64,000 bases of DNA from contig CALVUG010000003.1 in NCBI GenBank assembly GCA_944363535.1, positions 307-64,306 of the forward strand. Reading direction: 5' to 3'. A program made the translations under genes and the position numbers. The notes under the pieces were generated by a model. The model was not told where the DNA came from. It saw only the letters and a program-made list of their open reading frames with translations, and ran no database searches. This document shows positions 63,558 through 64,000 of the stretch, piece after piece (position 1 is the stretch's first letter; every line of letters begins with the position of its first letter). The stretch is from an uncultured Bacilli bacterium. GTDB lineage: Bacteria > Bacillota_I > Bacilli_A > RFN20 > CAG-826.

Positions 63558-64000
63558 ATGGAAGAATTAAAAAGAATTGTTGGAAAAAACTTAACGAATT
63601 TAAGAAAAGAAAAAAAGATGACCCAATTAGAAGTCGCTGAATTATTTAATTATAGCGATAAAGCGGTATCTAAATGGGAAAATGGCGATACTTTGCCAGA
63701 TTTAGAAACACTTTATAAACTTGCGACATTTTATGGCGTCACTTTAGATTATTTAGTCAAAGAAGATAGAAGTAGGGAAAAAGATCGTTACCGCTTAAGA
63801 CCACAAAATAAAATATCGATCACTTGCCTTTTAGTAAGTCTCGTATGGATGCTCGCTACGATCATCTACGTCTGGGTTTTAATGGTAAATGATATCAACT
63901 ATTGGCAAACTTTCATTTGGGCAGTTCCAGTTTCTTGTATCGTCTTATTCGCTATTAATCACGTCTGGGGTCAAAGAGTTTATATCTTTTACATCTCCAC
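63558..64000 (+). CDS. XRE-family HTH regulator with C-terminal TM segments (3' end beyond the window)
   Basis: Not in the ORF track because no stop lies in the window. MEELKRIVGKNLTNLRKEKKMTQLEVAELFNYSDKAVSKWENG (Cro/C1 HTH), then hydrophobic helices ISITCLLVSLVWMLATIIYVWVL... Confidence 0.8.
   Translation, partial: MEELKRIVGKNLTNLRKEKKMTQLEVAELFNYSDKAVSKWENGDTLPDLETLYKLATFYGVTLDYLVKEDRSREKDRYRLRPQNKISITCLLVSLVWMLATIIYVWVLMVNDINYWQTFIWAVPVSCIVLFAINHVWGQRVYIFYIS

Overview
This is a 64-kb chromosomal segment from a compact, low-G+C bacterium. It uses the standard genetic code: TGA acts as a stop, for example in the atpB/atpE ATGA overlap at 8215. The gene content resembles Acholeplasma- or Erysipelotrichia-like Firmicutes/Tenericutes: a PPi-type PFK signature, many lipoproteins, surface proteins with C-terminal TM anchors rather than LPXTG, and a yutG-cdaA-glmM-glmS block. 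The taxon cannot be proven from the sequence alone. I support about 55 protein genes, one tRNA-Gly(UCC) and a few intrinsic terminators. I saw no rRNA, CRISPR array, transposase or integrase. The backbone genes are: a complete F1Fo ATP synthase operon (atpI-like, atpBEFHAGDC), ppa, pfk, a TGS-uridine-kinase fusion, glpK-addB-addA, a surface endonuclease-I protein, an M24B peptidase with yigZ, trxA, deoD, a NUDIX hydrolase, cdaA/glmM/glmS, degV, and a maltodextrin locus. That locus holds two paralogous cytoplasmic GH13 enzymes flanking MalEFG and an unusually long MalK, plus a LacI-type regulator. Five candidates for something undescribed stand out. (1) A 2103-aa membrane-anchored protein (24868..31179) whose C-terminal half has a very regular ~218-aa two-motif repeat. 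(2) A two-gene operon (59633..63390) of N-terminally anchored proteins, the larger built from four ~200-aa units, next to a membrane-tethered XRE regulator. (3) A P-type ATPase with Na,K-ATPase-type (P2C) ion-site residues, in one operon with two stand-alone RCK/TrkA genes and no TrkH/KtrB, beside an RCK-less K+ channel. (4) An unrecognised 369-aa gene translationally coupled to addA. (5) A recurrent promoter layout in which a (TGn)TAnnnT -10 box lies 5-7 nt from the ATG of operon-first genes, suggesting widespread leaderless mRNAs. All functional calls rest on motifs read by eye; no database search was possible.
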